Below are positions 48,925-61,098 of a stretch of 64,000 nt of DNA, in pieces. The notes under the pieces are model-generated. The model was not told the DNA's origin. It made no database searches and worked only from the letters and a program-made list of their open reading frames with translations. The DNA comes from Escherichia coli (GTDB lineage: Bacteria > Pseudomonadota > Gammaproteobacteria > Enterobacterales > Enterobacteriaceae). Position 1 is the stretch's first letter, and every line of letters starts with the position of its first letter. The DNA lies in the NCBI RefSeq assembly GCF_003334815.1, contig NZ_QOWO01000016.1; one strand, 5' to 3'. A program made the position numbers and the translations under genes.

Positions 48925-49614
48925 ATGCAACGGGAAACGGTCTGGTTAGTGGAAGATGAGCAAGGGATAGCCGACACGCTGGTCTACATGTTGCAGCAGG
49001 AAGGTTTTGCCGTCGAGGTCTTTGAGCGAGGTTTGCCGGTGCTGGATAAAGCTCGCCAGCAGGTTCCCGACGTCATGATTCTCGACGTTGGTTTGCCTGA
49101 TATCAGTGGCTTTGAATTGTGCCGCCAGTTACTGGCGCTCCATCCGGCGTTACCTGTACTGTTCCTGACGGCCCGAAGTGAAGAGGTCGATCGCCTGCTT
49201 GGGCTGGAAATTGGCGCTGACGACTATGTGGCTAAACCGTTTTCACCCCGCGAAGTGTGCGCCAGGGTGCGCACCTTACTGCGTCGGGTGAAGAAGTTCT
49301 CGACGCCGTCTCCCGTCATCCGTATTGGTCATTTTGAATTGAATGAACCCGCGGCGCAGATCAGCTGGTTTGACACGCCATTAACGCTGACGCGGTATGA
49401 GTTTTTATTGCTGAAGACGTTACTCAAGTCGCCAGGCCGCGTCTGGTCCCGCCAGCAACTAATGGATAGCGTGTGGGAAGATGCGCAGGACACCTACGAT
49501 CGCACCGTCGATACCCACATTAAAACGCTGCGTGCCAAGCTGCGCGCCATCAACCCCGATCTTTCACCGATTAATACTCATCGCGGCATGGGATATAGCC
49601 TGAGGGGCTTGTAA
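48925..49614 (+). CDS. creB: two-component response regulator CreB (OmpR family)
   Basis: 229 aa with a receiver domain (D at ...MILDVGLPD...) and a winged-helix C-terminus. Confidence 0.95.
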   Translation: MQRETVWLVEDEQGIADTLVYMLQQEGFAVEVFERGLPVLDKARQQVPDVMILDVGLPDISGFELCRQLLALHPALPVLFLTARSEEVDRLLGLEIGADDYVAKPFSPREVCARVRTLLRRVKKFSTPSPVIRIGHFELNEPAAQISWFDTPLTLTRYEFLLLKTLLKSPGRVWSRQQLMDSVWEDAQDTYDRTVDTHIKTLRAKLRAINPDLSPINTHRGMGYSLRGL

Positions 49615-51038
49615 TGCATATCGGCATGCGGTTGCTGCTGGGCTATTTTTTACTGGTGGCGGTGGCGGCCTGGTTCGTACTGGCTATTTTTGTCAAAGAA
49701 GTTAAACCGGGCGTGCGAAGAGCAACGGAGGGGACGTTGATCGACACGGCAACGTTACTGGCGGAGCTGGCGCGTCCCGATTTGCTCTCTGGGGACCCAA
49801 CGCATGGGCAACTGGCGCAGGCGTTTAATCAGCTACAACATCGCCCGTTTCGCGCCAATATTGGTGGCATTAACAAAGTGCGCAATGAATATCATGTCTA
49901 TATGACCGATGCGCAGGGCAAAGTATTGTTCGATTCGGCAAATAAAGCCGTTGGACAGGATTATTCGCGCTGGAATGACGTCTGGCTAACGTTGCGTGGT
50001 CAGTATGGTGCGCGTAGCACGTTGCAAAATCCTGCCGATCCCGAAAGTTCGGTGATGTATGTTGCCGCGCCGATTATGGACGGCTCGCGGCTTATTGGCG
50101 TTTTGAGCGTAGGCAAACCGAACGCGGCGATGGCTCCGGTCATTAAACGCAGCGAGCGGCGAATTTTATGGGCCAGCGCCATTTTGTTGGGGATCGCACT
50201 GGTGATTGGCGCAGGCATGGTTTGGTGGATCAACCGCTCCATTGCCCGGCTCACTCGCTATGCTGATTCCGTCACTGACAATAAGCCCGTTCCTCTTCCC
50301 GATCTCGGTAGTAGCGAACTGCGTAAACTCGCGCAGGCGCTGGAAAGTATGCGCGTGAAGCTGGAAGGGAAAAACTATATTGAGCAGTATGTTTATGCGT
50401 TAACCCATGAGCTAAAAAGCCCACTGGCGGCGATTCGTGGCGCGGCGGAAATTTTACGCGAAGGTCCGCCGCCGGAAGTGGTGGCTCGTTTTACCGACAA
50501 CATTCTGACGCAAAATGCGCGAATGCAGGCACTGGTGGAAACGTTACTACGCCAGGCAAGACTGGAGAATCGTCAGGAAGTCGTTTTGACTGCTGTTGAT
50601 GTGGCGGCATTATTCCGCCGCGTCAGCGAAGCGCGCACCGTGCAGTTGGCAGAAAAAAACATCACTCTACATGTTACGCCCACCGAGGTTAATGTTGCTG
50701 CTGAACCGGCGTTACTGGATCAGGCGCTGGGGAATTTACTGGATAACGCCATCGATTTTACCCCCGAGAGCGGTCGTATAACGCTAAGCGCCGAAGTGGA
50801 TCAGGAACACGTCACGCTTAAGGTGCTGGATACCGGTAGTGGTATTCCTGACTACGCGCTGTCACGCATTTTTGAACGCTTTTACTCTTTGCCGCGTGCA
50901 AATGGGCAAAAAAGCAGCGGTCTGGGGTTGGCGTTCGTCAGTGAGGTCGCCCGTTTGTTTAACGGCGAAGTCACGCTGCGCAACGTGCAGGAAGGTGGCG
51001 TGCTGGCCTCGCTACGACTTCACCGTCACTTCACATAG
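49614..51038 (+). CDS. creC: sensor histidine kinase CreC
   Basis: 474 aa with two TM segments, an H-box (LTHELKSPL) and an ATPase domain. The start overlaps the creB stop. Confidence 0.95.
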   Translation: MHIGMRLLLGYFLLVAVAAWFVLAIFVKEVKPGVRRATEGTLIDTATLLAELARPDLLSGDPTHGQLAQAFNQLQHRPFRANIGGINKVRNEYHVYMTDAQGKVLFDSANKAVGQDYSRWNDVWLTLRGQYGARSTLQNPADPESSVMYVAAPIMDGSRLIGVLSVGKPNAAMAPVIKRSERRILWASAILLGIALVIGAGMVWWINRSIARLTRYADSVTDNKPVPLPDLGSSELRKLAQALESMRVKLEGKNYIEQYVYALTHELKSPLAAIRGAAEILREGPPPEVVARFTDNILTQNARMQALVETLLRQARLENRQEVVLTAVDVAALFRRVSEARTVQLAEKNITLHVTPTEVNVAAEPALLDQALGNLLDNAIDFTPESGRITLSAEVDQEHVTLKVLDTGSGIPDYALSRIFERFYSLPRANGQKSSGLGLAFVSEVARLFNGEVTLRNVQEGGVLASLRLHRHFT

Positions 51039-51095
51039 CTTCAAATTCTTCCCACATAGCCTTCGTATCCTGCTGCCATTGCAAAGGAGAAGACT

Positions 51096-52448
51096 ATGTT
51101 GAAATCCCCCCTGTTCTGGAAAATGACCACCTTGTTTGGTGCAGTATTGCTGTTGTTGATTCCGATAATGCTGATTCGGCAAGTGATTGTCGAACGTGCC
51201 GATTACCGTAGCGATGTGGAAGATGCGATTCGCCAAAGTACCAGCGGGCCGCAAAAACTCGTTGGGCCGCTTATCGCTATTCCTGTGACCGAGCTTTATA
51301 CGGTGCAGGAAGAGGATAAAACCGTGGAGCGGAAACGAAGTTTTATCCATTTTTGGTTACCTGAGTCATTGATGGTTGATGGCAATCAGAACGTGGAAGA
51401 ACGCAAGATAGGGATTTATACCGGTCAGGTCTGGCACAGTGATTTAACGCTAAAAGCCGATTTCGATGTTTCGCGTCTTAGCGAGCTCAACGCGCCAAAT
51501 ATCATCTTAGGCAAGCCCTTTATTGTGATTAGCGTCGGGGATGCGCGTGGTATTGGTGTGGTGAAAGCGCCTGAAGTTAACGGAACGGCGCTGACCATTG
51601 AACCCGGTACCGGGTTAGAGCAAGGCGGGCAGGGCGTGCATATCCCTTTACCCGAAGGGGACTGGCGCAAGCAGAACCTGCAGCTGAATATGGCACTGAA
51701 TTTAAGCGGTACCGGCGATCTTTCTGTGGTGCCTGCCGGGCGTAATAGCGAAATGACCTTAACCAGCAACTGGCCGCATCCCAGTTTTTTAGGTGATTTT
51801 CTACCAGCCAAACGGGAAGTTAGCGAGTCAGGTTTTCAGGCGCAATGGCAAAGCAGCTGGTTTGCTAATAATCTCGGTGAGCGTTTTGCTTCAGGCAATG
51901 ATACCGGCTGGGAAAACTTCCCCGCGTTTAGCGTCGCAGTGACGACGCCAGCAGATCAATACCAATTAACTGACCGGGCGACTAAGTATGCCATTCTGCT
52001 GATTGCGCTGACTTTTATGGCGTTCTTTGTTTTTGAAACGCTCACCGCGCAACGCTTACACCCAATGCAATATTTGCTGGTGGGGCTTTCATTGGTGATG
52101 TTTTATTTGCTCTTGCTGGCGCTTTCTGAACATACCGGTTTTACCGTGGCATGGATAATCGCCAGTCTGATTGGGGCGTTAATGAACGGTATTTATTTGC
52201 AGGCGGTATTGAAAGGCTGGCGCAACAGCATGTTGTTTACCCTCGCGCTGTTGTTGCTGGATGGTGTGATGTGGGGACTGCTCAACTCTGCCGATAGCGC
52301 GCTGTTGTTGGGAACCAGTGTGCTGGTGGTGGCGCTGGCCGGCATGATGTTTGTGACTCGTAATATCGACTGGTATGCGTTTTCACTGCCGAAAATGAAA
52401 GCCAGTAAAGAAGTTACAATGGACGATCAATTACGTATCTGGAAATAA
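51096..52448 (+). CDS. creD: inner membrane protein CreD
   Basis: 450 aa with multiple C-terminal TM helices. Last gene of the cre operon. Confidence 0.94.
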   Translation: MLKSPLFWKMTTLFGAVLLLLIPIMLIRQVIVERADYRSDVEDAIRQSTSGPQKLVGPLIAIPVTELYTVQEEDKTVERKRSFIHFWLPESLMVDGNQNVEERKIGIYTGQVWHSDLTLKADFDVSRLSELNAPNIILGKPFIVISVGDARGIGVVKAPEVNGTALTIEPGTGLEQGGQGVHIPLPEGDWRKQNLQLNMALNLSGTGDLSVVPAGRNSEMTLTSNWPHPSFLGDFLPAKREVSESGFQAQWQSSWFANNLGERFASGNDTGWENFPAFSVAVTTPADQYQLTDRATKYAILLIALTFMAFFVFETLTAQRLHPMQYLLVGLSLVMFYLLLLALSEHTGFTVAWIIASLIGALMNGIYLQAVLKGWRNSMLFTLALLLLDGVMWGLLNSADSALLLGTSVLVVALAGMMFVTRNIDWYAFSLPKMKASKEVTMDDQLRIWK

Positions 52449-52459
52449 GGTTGAAAAAT

Positions 52460-52490
52460 AAAAACGGCGCTAAAAAGCGCCATTTTTTTT
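52460..52490. terminator. bidirectional terminator between creD and arcA
   Basis: AAAAACGGCGC-taaaaa-GCGCCATTTTTTTT, with A-run and T-run flanks serving convergent genes. Confidence 0.75.
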
Positions 52491-52507
52491 GACGGTGGTA
52501 ACGCCGA

Positions 52508-53224
52508 TTAATCTTCCAGATCACCGCAGAAGCGATAACCTTCACCGTGGATGGTGGCGATGATTTCCGGCGTATCCGGCGTAGATTCGAAATGTTTACG
52601 AATACGGCGGATCGTCACGTCTACAGTACGGTCGTGTGGTTTCAGCTCACGGCCGGTCATTTTCTTCAGCAGTTCAGCACGGGACTGAATTTTGCCTGGG
52701 TTTTCACAGAAGTGAAGCATGGCGCGGAACTCGCTGCGCGGCAGCTTGTACTGCTCGCCATCAGGGCCGATCAACGAACGGCTGTTGATGTCCAGTTCCC
52801 AACCATTGAACTTGTAGCTTTCAACGCTACGACGTTCTTCGCTGACAGTACCCAGATTCATGGTACGGGACAGCAGGTTGCGTGCACGAATCGTCAGTTC
52901 ACGCGGGTTGAACGGTTTGGTGATGTAGTCATCTGCACCGATTTCGAGGCCGAGAATTTTATCGACTTCGTTGTCACGGCCAGTCAGGAACATCAACGCA
53001 ACATTCGCCTGCTCGCGCAGTTCACGCGCTAACAGAAGACCGTTCTTACCCGGCAGATTGATATCCATGATCACCAGGTTGATGTCATATTCAGAGAGGA
53101 TCTGATGCATTTCCGCGCCATCTGTCGCTTCGAAAACATCATAGCCTTCCGCTTCGAAAATACTTTTCAACGTGTTGCGTGTTACCAACTCGTCTTCAAC
53201 GATAAGAATGTGCGGGGTCTGCAT
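52508..53224 (-). CDS. arcA: aerobic respiration control response regulator ArcA
   Basis: [62 protein letters not shown]..., 238 aa. Confidence 0.97.
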
Positions 53225-53319
53225 GTTTGCTACCTAAATTGCCAACTAAATCGAAACAGGAAGTACAAAAGTCCCTGACCTGCCTGATGCATGCTGCAAA
53301 TTAACATGATCGGCGTAAC

Positions 53320-53460
53320 ATGACTAAAGTACGTAATTGCGTTCTTGATGCACTTTCCATCAACGTCAACAACATCATTAGCTTGGTCGTGGGTACTTTC
53401 CCTCAGGACCCGACAGTGTCAAAAACGGCTGTCATCCTAACCATTTTAACAGCAACATAA
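53320..53460 (+). CDS. yjjY: small protein YjjY (46 aa), not in the ORF track
   Basis: My translation: MTKVRNCVLDALSINVNNIISLVVGTFPQDPTVSKTAVILTILTAT*. It matches the K-12 yjjY annotation as I recall. Whether it is functional is unknown. Confidence 0.6.
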   Translation: MTKVRNCVLDALSINVNNIISLVVGTFPQDPTVSKTAVILTILTAT

Positions 53461-53859
53461 CAGGCTAAGAGGGGCCGGACACCCAATAAAACTACGCTTC
53501 GTTGACATATATCAAGTTCAATTGTAGCACGTTAACAGTTTGATGAAATCATCGTATCTAAATGCTAGCTTTCGTCACATTATTTTAATAATCCAACTAG
53601 TTGCATCATACAACTAATAAACGTGGTGAATCCAATTGTCGAGATTTATTTTTTATAAAATTATCCTAAGTAAACAGAAGGATATGTAGCATTTTTTAAC
53701 AATTCAACCGTTAGTACAGTCAGGAAATAGTTTAGCCTTTTTTAAGCTAAGTAAAGGGCTTTTTCTGCGACTTACGTTAAGGATTTGTAAATTCGCACCG
53801 CGTAATAAGTTGACAGTGATCACCCTGTTCGCGGTCATTTGGTCAAGAAGAGTGGCAAT

Positions 53860-54546
53860 ATGCGTATAACGATTATTCTGGTCGCACCCGCCAGAGCAGA
53901 AAATATTGGGGCAGCGGCGCGGGCAATGAAAACGATGGGGTTTAGCGAACTGCGGATTGTCGATAGTCAGGCACATCTGGAGCCAGCCACTCGCTGGGTC
54001 GCACATGGATCTGGTGATATTATTGATAATATTAAAGTTTTCCCGACACTGGTTGAATCGTTACACGATGTCGATTTCACTGTCGCCACCACTGCGCGCA
54101 GTCGGGCGAAATATCATTACTACGCCACGCCAGTTGAACTGGTGCCGCTGTTAGAGGAAAAATCTTCATGGATGAGCCATGCCGCGCTGGTGTTTGGTCG
54201 CGAAGATTCCGGGTTGACTAACGAAGAGTTAGCGTTGGCTGACGTTCTTACTGGTGTGCCGATGGTGGCGGATTATCCTTCGCTCAATCTGGGGCAGGCA
54301 GTGATGGTCTATTGCTATCAATTAGCAACATTAATACAACAACCGACGAAAAGTGACACAACGGCAGACCAACATCAACTGCAAGCTTTACGCGAACGAG
54401 TCATGGCATTGCTGACGACTCTGGCAGTGGCAGATGACATAAAACTGGTCGACTGGTTACAGCAACGCCTGGGGCTTTTAGAGCAACGAGACACGGCAAT
54501 GTTGCACCGTTTGCTGCATGATATTGAAAAAAATATCACCAAATAA
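53860..54546 (+). CDS. yjtD: SpoU/TrmH-family RNA methyltransferase YjtD (LasT)
   Basis: MRITIILVAPARAENIGAAARAMKTMGFSELRIV..., 228 aa. The track ORF starts 21 nt upstream. Confidence 0.93.
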   Translation: MRITIILVAPARAENIGAAARAMKTMGFSELRIVDSQAHLEPATRWVAHGSGDIIDNIKVFPTLVESLHDVDFTVATTARSRAKYHYYATPVELVPLLEEKSSWMSHAALVFGREDSGLTNEELALADVLTGVPMVADYPSLNLGQAVMVYCYQLATLIQQPTKSDTTADQHQLQALRERVMALLTTLAVADDIKLVDWLQQRLGLLEQRDTAMLHRLLHDIEKNITK

Positions 54547-54756
54547 AAAACGCCTTAGTAAGTATTTTTCAGCTTTTCATTCTGACTGCAATGGGCAATA
54601 TGTCTCTGTGTGGATTAAAAAAAGAGTCTCTGACAGCAGCTTCTGAACTGGTTACCTGCCGTGAGTAAATTAAAATTTTATTGACTTAGGTCACTAAATA
54701 CTTTAACCAATATAGGCATAGCGCACAGACAGATAAAAATTACAGAGTACACAACA

Positions 54757-54825
<69 letters not shown>

Positions 54826-54847
54826 CGCGTACAGGAAACACAGAAAA

Positions 54848-54880
54848 AAGCCCGCACCTGACAGTGCGGGCTTTTTTTTT
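54848..54880 (+). terminator. thr attenuator terminator
   Basis: AAGCCCGCAC-ctgaca-GTGCGGGCTT followed by T8, between thrL and thrA. Confidence 0.92.
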
Positions 54881-54906
54881 CGACCAAAGGTAACGAGGTA
54901 ACAACC

Positions 54907-57369
54907 ATGCGAGTGTTGAAGTTCGGCGGTACATCAGTGGCAAATGCAGAACGTTTTCTGCGGGTTGCCGATATTCTGGAAAGCAATGCCAGGCAGGGGC
55001 AGGTGGCCACCGTCCTCTCTGCCCCCGCCAAAATCACCAACCACCTGGTGGCGATGATTGAAAAAACCATTAGCGGCCAGGATGCTTTACCCAATATCAG
55101 CGATGCCGAACGTATTTTTGCCGAACTTTTGACGGGACTCGCCGCCGCCCAGCCGGGATTCCCGCTGGCGCAATTGAAAACTTTCGTCGACCAGGAATTT
55201 GCCCAAATAAAACATGTCCTGCATGGCATTAGTTTGTTAGGGCAGTGCCCGGATAGCATTAACGCTGCGCTGATTTGCCGTGGCGAGAAAATGTCGATCG
55301 CCATTATGGCCGGCGTGTTAGAAGCGCGTGGTCACAACGTTACCGTTATCGATCCGGTCGAAAAACTACTGGCAGTGGGGCATTACCTCGAATCTACCGT
55401 CGATATTGCTGAGTCCACCCGCCGTATTGCGGCAAGTCGTATTCCGGCTGATCACATGGTGCTGATGGCAGGCTTCACCGCCGGTAATGAAAAAGGCGAA
55501 CTGGTGGTACTTGGACGCAACGGTTCCGACTACTCCGCGGCGGTGCTGGCTGCCTGTTTACGCGCCGATTGTTGCGAGATTTGGACGGACGTTGACGGGG
55601 TCTATACCTGCGACCCGCGTCAGGTGCCCGATGCGAGGTTGTTGAAGTCGATGTCCTACCAGGAAGCGATGGAGCTTTCCTACTTCGGCGCTAAAGTTCT
55701 TCACCCCCGCACCATTACCCCCATCGCCCAGTTCCAGATCCCTTGCCTGATTAAAAATACCGGAAATCCTCAAGCACCAGGTACGCTCATTGGTGCCAGT
55801 CGTGATGAAGACGAATTACCGGTCAAGGGCATTTCCAATCTGAATAACATGGCAATGTTCAGCGTTTCCGGCCCGGGGATGAAAGGAATGGTCGGCATGG
55901 CGGCGCGCGTCTTTGCCGCGATGTCACGCGCCCGTATTTCCGTGGTGCTGATTACGCAATCATCTTCCGAATACAGTATCAGTTTCTGCGTTCCGCAAAG
56001 CGACTGTGTGCGGGCTGAACGGGCAATGCAGGAAGAGTTCTACCTGGAACTGAAAGAAGGCTTACTGGAGCCGCTGGCGGTGACGGAACGGCTGGCCATT
56101 ATCTCGGTGGTAGGTGATGGTATGCGTACCTTGCGTGGGATCTCGGCGAAATTCTTTGCCGCGCTGGCCCGCGCCAATATCAACATTGTCGCTATTGCTC
56201 AGGGATCTTCTGAACGCTCAATCTCTGTCGTGGTAAATAACGATGATGCGACCACTGGCGTGCGCGTTACTCATCAGATGCTGTTCAATACCGATCAGGT
56301 TATCGAAGTGTTTGTGATTGGCGTCGGTGGCGTTGGCGGTGCGCTGCTGGAGCAACTGAAGCGTCAACAAAGCTGGCTGAAGAATAAACATATCGACTTA
56401 CGTGTCTGCGGTGTTGCCAACTCGAAGGCACTGCTCACCAATGTGCATGGCCTAAATCTGGAAAACTGGCAGGAAGAACTGGCGCAAGCCAAAGAGCCGT
56501 TTAATCTCGGGCGCTTAATTCGCCTCGTGAAAGAATATCATCTGCTGAACCCGGTCATTGTTGACTGCACCTCCAGCCAGGCAGTGGCGGATCAATATGC
56601 CGACTTCCTGCGCGAAGGTTTCCACGTTGTCACGCCGAACAAAAAGGCCAACACCTCGTCGATGGATTACTACCATCTGTTGCGTCATGCGGCGGAAAAA
56701 TCGCGGCGGAAATTCCTCTATGACACCAACGTTGGGGCTGGATTACCGGTTATTGAAAACCTGCAAAATCTGCTCAATGCTGGTGATGAATTGATGAAGT
56801 TCTCCGGCATTCTTTCAGGATCGCTTTCTTATATCTTCGGCAAGTTAGACGAAGGCATGAGTTTCTCCGAGGCGACCACGCTGGCACGGGAAATGGGTTA
56901 TACCGAACCGGATCCGCGAGATGATCTTTCTGGTATGGATGTGGCGCGTAAACTATTGATTCTCTCCCGTGAAACGGGACGTGAACTGGAGCTGGCGGAT
57001 ATTGAAATTGAACCTGTGCTGCCCGCAGAGTTTAACGCCGAGGGTGATGTTGCCGCTTTTATGGCGAATCTGTCACAGCTCGACGATCGCTTTGCCGCGC
57101 GCGTGGCGAAGGCCCGTGATGAAGGAAAAGTTTTGCGCTATGTTGGCAATATTGATGAAGATGGCGTCTGTCGCGTGAAGATTGCCGAAGTGGATGGTAA
57201 TGATCCGCTGTTCAAAGTGAAAAATGGCGAAAACGCCCTGGCCTTCTATAGCCACTATTATCAGCCGCTGCCGTTGGTGCTGCGCGGATATGGTGCGGGC
57301 AATGACGTTACCGCTGCTGGTGTCTTTGCCGATCTGCTGCGTACCCTCTCATGGAAGTTAGGAGTCTGA
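54907..57369 (+). CDS. thrA: bifunctional aspartokinase I / homoserine dehydrogenase I
   Basis: [53 protein letters not shown]..., 820 aa. Confidence 0.98.
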   Translation: MRVLKFGGTSVANAERFLRVADILESNARQGQVATVLSAPAKITNHLVAMIEKTISGQDALPNISDAERIFAELLTGLAAAQPGFPLAQLKTFVDQEFAQIKHVLHGISLLGQCPDSINAALICRGEKMSIAIMAGVLEARGHNVTVIDPVEKLLAVGHYLESTVDIAESTRRIAASRIPADHMVLMAGFTAGNEKGELVVLGRNGSDYSAAVLAACLRADCCEIWTDVDGVYTCDPRQVPDARLLKSMSYQEAMELSYFGAKVLHPRTITPIAQFQIPCLIKNTGNPQAPGTLIGASRDEDELPVKGISNLNNMAMFSVSGPGMKGMVGMAARVFAAMSRARISVVLITQSSSEYSISFCVPQSDCVRAERAMQEEFYLELKEGLLEPLAVTERLAIISVVGDGMRTLRGISAKFFAALARANINIVAIAQGSSERSISVVVNNDDATTGVRVTHQMLFNTDQVIEVFVIGVGGVGGALLEQLKRQQSWLKNKHIDLRVCGVANSKALLTNVHGLNLENWQEELAQAKEPFNLGRLIRLVKEYHLLNPVIVDCTSSQAVADQYADFLREGFHVVTPNKKANTSSMDYYHLLRHAAEKSRRKFLYDTNVGAGLPVIENLQNLLNAGDELMKFSGILSGSLSYIFGKLDEGMSFSEATTLAREMGYTEPDPRDDLSGMDVARKLLILSRETGRELELADIEIEPVLPAEFNAEGDVAAFMANLSQLDDRFAARVAKARDEGKVLRYVGNIDEDGVCRVKIAEVDGNDPLFKVKNGENALAFYSHYYQPLPLVLRGYGAGNDVTAAGVFADLLRTLSWKLGV

Positions 57370-57370
57370 C

Positions 57371-58303
57371 ATGGTTAAAGTTTATGCCCCGGCTTCCAGT
57401 GCCAATATGAGCGTCGGGTTTGATGTGCTCGGGGCGGCGGTGACACCCGTTGATGGTGCATTGCTCGGAGATGTAGTTACGGTTGAGGCGGCAGAGATAT
57501 TCAGTCTCAACAACCTCGGGCGCTTTGCCGATAAGCTGCCGTCAGAACCACGGGAAAATATCGTTTATCAGTGCTGGGAGCGTTTTTGCCAGGAGCTTGG
57601 CAAGCAAATTCCAGTGGCGATGACTCTGGAAAAGAATATGCCGATCGGTTCGGGCTTAGGCTCCAGCGCCTGTTCGGTGGTCGCGGCGCTGATGGCGATG
57701 AATGAACACTGCGGCAAGCCGCTTAATGACACTCGTTTGCTGGCTTTGATGGGCGAGCTGGAAGGACGTATCTCCGGCAGCATTCATTACGACAACGTGG
57801 CACCGTGTTTTCTAGGTGGTATGCAGTTGATGATCGAAGAAAACGACATCATCAGCCAGCAAGTGCCTGGGTTTGATGAGTGGCTGTGGGTGCTGGCGTA
57901 TCCGGGGATTAAAGTCTCGACGGCAGAAGCCCGGGCTATTTTACCGGCGCAGTATCGCCGCCAGGATTGCATTGCGCACGGGCGACATCTGGCAGGCTTC
58001 ATTCACGCCTGCTATTCCCGTCAGCCTGAGCTTGCCGCGAAGCTGATGAAAGATGTTATCGCTGAACCCTACCGTGAACGATTACTGCCAGGCTTCCGGC
58101 AGGCGCGGCAGGCGGTCGCGGAAATCGGCGCGGTAGCGAGCGGTATCTCCGGCTCCGGCCCGACCTTGTTCGCTCTGTGTGACAAGCCGGATACCGCCCA
58201 GCGCGTTGCCGACTGGTTGGGTAAGAACTACCTGCAAAATCAGGAAGGTTTTGTTCATATTTGCCGGCTGGATACGGCGGGCGCACGAGTACTGGAAAAC
58301 TAA
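57371..58303 (+). CDS. thrB: homoserine kinase
   Basis: [29 protein letters not shown]..., 310 aa. Confidence 0.98.
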   Translation: MVKVYAPASSANMSVGFDVLGAAVTPVDGALLGDVVTVEAAEIFSLNNLGRFADKLPSEPRENIVYQCWERFCQELGKQIPVAMTLEKNMPIGSGLGSSACSVVAALMAMNEHCGKPLNDTRLLALMGELEGRISGSIHYDNVAPCFLGGMQLMIEENDIISQQVPGFDEWLWVLAYPGIKVSTAEARAILPAQYRRQDCIAHGRHLAGFIHACYSRQPELAAKLMKDVIAEPYRERLLPGFRQARQAVAEIGAVASGISGSGPTLFALCDKPDTAQRVADWLGKNYLQNQEGFVHICRLDTAGARVLEN

Positions 58304-59590
58304 ATGAAACTCTACAATCTGAAAGATCACAACGAGCAGGTCAGCTTTGCGCAAGCCGTAACCCAGGGGTTGGGCAAAAATCAGGGGCTGTTTTTTCCGC
58401 ATGACCTGCCGGAATTCAGCCTGACTGAAATTGATGAGATGCTGAAGCTGGATTTTGTCACCCGCAGTGCGAAGATCCTCTCGGCGTTTATTGGTGATGA
58501 AATCCCGCAGGAAATCCTGGAAGAGCGCGTGCGCGCGGCGTTTGCCTTCCCGGCTCCGGTCGCCAATGTTGAAAGCGATGTCGGTTGTCTGGAATTGTTC
58601 CACGGGCCAACGCTGGCATTTAAAGATTTCGGCGGTCGCTTTATGGCACAAATGCTGACCCATATTGCGGGTGATAAGCCAGTGACCATTCTGACCGCGA
58701 CCTCCGGTGATACCGGAGCGGCAGTGGCTCATGCTTTCTACGGTTTGCCGAATGTGAAAGTGGTTATCCTCTATCCACGAGGCAAAATCAGTCCACTGCA
58801 AGAAAAACTGTTCTGTACATTGGGCGGCAATATCGAAACTGTTGCCATCGACGGCGATTTCGATGCCTGTCAGGCGCTGGTGAAGCAGGCGTTTGATGAT
58901 GAAGAACTGAAAGTGGCGCTGGGGTTAAACTCAGCTAACTCGATTAACATCAGCCGTTTGCTGGCGCAGATTTGCTACTACTTTGAAGCTGTTGCGCAGC
59001 TGCCGCAGGAGGCGCGCAACCAGCTGGTTGTTTCGGTACCAAGCGGAAACTTCGGCGATTTGACGGCGGGTCTGCTGGCGAAGTCACTCGGTCTGCCGGT
59101 GAAACGTTTTATTGCTGCGACCAACGTGAACGATACCGTGCCACGTTTCCTGCACGACGGTCAGTGGTCCCCCAAAGCGACTCAGGCGACGTTATCCAAC
59201 GCGATGGACGTGAGTCAGCCGAACAACTGGCCGCGTGTGGAAGAGTTGTTCCGCCGCAAAATCTGGCAACTGAAAGAGCTGGGTTATGCAGCCGTGGATG
59301 ATGAAACCACGCAACAGACAATGCGTGAGTTAAAAGAACTGGGCTACACCTCGGAGCCGCACGCTGCCGTAGCGTATCGTGCGCTGCGTGACCAGTTGAA
59401 TCCAGGCGAATATGGCTTGTTCCTCGGCACCGCGCATCCGGCGAAATTTAAAGAGAGCGTGGAAGCGATTCTCGGTGAAACGTTGGATCTGCCAAAAGAG
59501 CTGGCAGAACGTGCTGATTTACCCTTGCTTTCACATAATCTGCCCGCCGATTTTGCTGCGTTGCGTAAATTGATGATGAATCATCAGTAA
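58304..59590 (+). CDS. thrC: threonine synthase
   Basis: MKLYNLKDHNEQVSFAQAVTQGLGKNQGLFFPHDLPEF..., 428 aa. Confidence 0.98.
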   Translation: MKLYNLKDHNEQVSFAQAVTQGLGKNQGLFFPHDLPEFSLTEIDEMLKLDFVTRSAKILSAFIGDEIPQEILEERVRAAFAFPAPVANVESDVGCLELFHGPTLAFKDFGGRFMAQMLTHIAGDKPVTILTATSGDTGAAVAHAFYGLPNVKVVILYPRGKISPLQEKLFCTLGGNIETVAIDGDFDACQALVKQAFDDEELKVALGLNSANSINISRLLAQICYYFEAVAQLPQEARNQLVVSVPSGNFGDLTAGLLAKSLGLPVKRFIAATNVNDTVPRFLHDGQWSPKATQATLSNAMDVSQPNNWPRVEELFRRKIWQLKELGYAAVDDETTQQTMRELKELGYTSEPHAAVAYRALRDQLNPGEYGLFLGTAHPAKFKESVEAILGETLDLPKELAERADLPLLSHNLPADFAALRKLMMNHQ

Positions 59591-59611
59591 CATCTATTCA
59601 TTATCTCAATC

Positions 59612-59647
59612 AGGCCGGGTTTGCTTTTATGCAGCCCGGCTTTTTTG
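59612..59647 (+). terminator. thr operon terminator
   Basis: GGCCGGG-tttgcttttatgca-GCCCGGC followed by TTTTTT. Confidence 0.8.
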
Positions 59648-59803
59648 TGAAGAAAATATGGAGAGAAACGACAGGGAAAAAGGAGAAATTCTCAATAAAT
59701 GCGGTAACTTAGAGATTAGGATTGCGGAGAATAACAACCGCCGTTCTCATCGCGTAATCTCCGGATATCGACCCATAACGGGCAATGATAAAAGGAGTAA
59801 CCT

Positions 59804-60100
59804 GTGAAAAAGATGCAATCTATCGTACTCGCACTTTCCCTGGTTCTGGTCGCTCCCATGGCAGCGCAGGCTGCGGAAATTACGTTAGTCCCGTCAGTAA
59901 AATTACAGATAGGCGATCGTGATAATCGCGGTTATTACTGGGATGGCGGTCACTGGCGCGACCACGGCTGGTGGAAACAACATTATGAATGGCGAGGCAA
60001 TCGCTGGCACCCACACGGACCGCCGCCACCGCCGCGTCACCATAAGAAAGCTCATCATGATCATCACGGCGGTCATGGTCCAGGCAAACATCACCGCTAA
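59804..60100 (+). CDS. yaaX: secreted His/Trp/Gly-rich protein YaaX (DUF2502)
   Basis: GTG start; [23 protein letters not shown] signal peptide. 98 aa. Confidence 0.88.
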   Translation: MKKMQSIVLALSLVLVAPMAAQAAEITLVPSVKLQIGDRDNRGYYWDGGHWRDHGWWKQHYEWRGNRWHPHGPPPPPRHHKKAHHDHHGGHGPGKHHR

Positions 60101-60107
60101 ATGACAA

Positions 60108-60245
60108 ATGCCGGGTAACAATCCGGCATTCAGCGCCTGATGCGACGCTGGCGCGTCTTATCAGGCCTACGTGAATTCTGCAATATATTGAATCTGCATG
60201 CTTTTGTAGGCCGGATAAGGCGTTCACGCCGCATCCGGCATTGAC
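60108..60245. repeat. REP/BIME elements between yaaX and yaaA
   Basis: GCCTGATGCGACGCTGGCGCGTCTTATCAGGCCTAC and GTAGGCCGGATAAGGCGTTCACGCCGCATCCGGCA. Confidence 0.8.
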
Positions 60246-60252
60246 TGCAAAC

Positions 60253-61029
60253 TTAACGCTGCTCGTAGCGTTTAAACACCAGTTCGCCATTGCTGGAGGA
60301 AGCTTCATCAAAGAAGTAACCTTCGCTATTAAAACCAGTCAGTTGCTCTGGTTTGGTCAGCCGATTTTCAATAATAAAACGACTCATCAGACCGCGTGCT
60401 TTCTTAGCGTAGAAGCTGATTATCTTAAATTTGCCGTTCTTCTCATCGAGGAACACCGGCTTGATAATCTCGGCATTCAATTTCTTCGGCTTCACCGATT
60501 TAAAATACTCATCTGACGCCAGATTAATCACCACATTATCGCCTTGTGCTGCGAGCGCCTCGTTCAGCTTGTTGGTGATGATATCTCCCCAGAATTGATA
60601 CAGATCTTTCCCTCGGGCATTCTCAAGACGGATCCCCATTTCCAGACGATAAGGCTGCATTAAATCGAGCGGGCGCAGTACGCCATACAAGCCGGAAAGC
60701 ATTCGCAAATGCTGTTGGGCAAAATCGAAATCGTCTTCGCTGAAGGTTTCGGCCTGCAAGCCGGTGTAGACATCACCTTTAAACGCCAGAATCGCCTGGC
60801 GGGCATTCTCCGGCGTGAAATCTGGCTGCCAGTCATGAAAGCGAGCGGCGTTGATACCCGCCAGTTTGTCGCTGATGCGCATCAGCGTGCTAATCTGCGG
60901 AGGCGTCAGTTTCCGCGCTTCATGGATCAACTGCTGGGAATTGTCTAACAGCTCCGGCAGCGTATAGCGCGTGGTGGTCAACGGGCTTTGGTAATCAAGC
61001 GTTTTCGCAGGTGAAATAAGAATCAGCAT
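60253..61029 (-). CDS. yaaA: peroxide stress resistance protein YaaA (DUF328)
   Basis: [35 protein letters not shown]..., 258 aa. Confidence 0.95.
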   Translation of the reverse strand: MLILISPAKTLDYQSPLTTTRYTLPELLDNSQQLIHEARKLTPPQISTLMRISDKLAGINAARFHDWQPDFTPENARQAILAFKGDVYTGLQAETFSEDDFDFAQQHLRMLSGLYGVLRPLDLMQPYRLEMGIRLENARGKDLYQFWGDIITNKLNEALAAQGDNVVINLASDEYFKSVKPKKLNAEIIKPVFLDEKNGKFKIISFYAKKARGLMSRFIIENRLTKPEQLTGFNSEGYFFDEASSSNGELVFKRYEQR

Positions 61030-61098
61030 ATCCAGTCCTTGCAGGAAATTTATGCCGACTTTAGCAAAAAAAGAGAATGAGTTGATCGATAGTTGTGA

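Noticed and set aside
54571-54600. The sequence AGCTTTTCATTCTGACTGCAA..., which is position 1 of the K-12 reference numbering, occurs mid-window
   Set aside because: This is only a database coordinate convention. There is no biological discontinuity, since gene order is continuous from yjtD into thrL.
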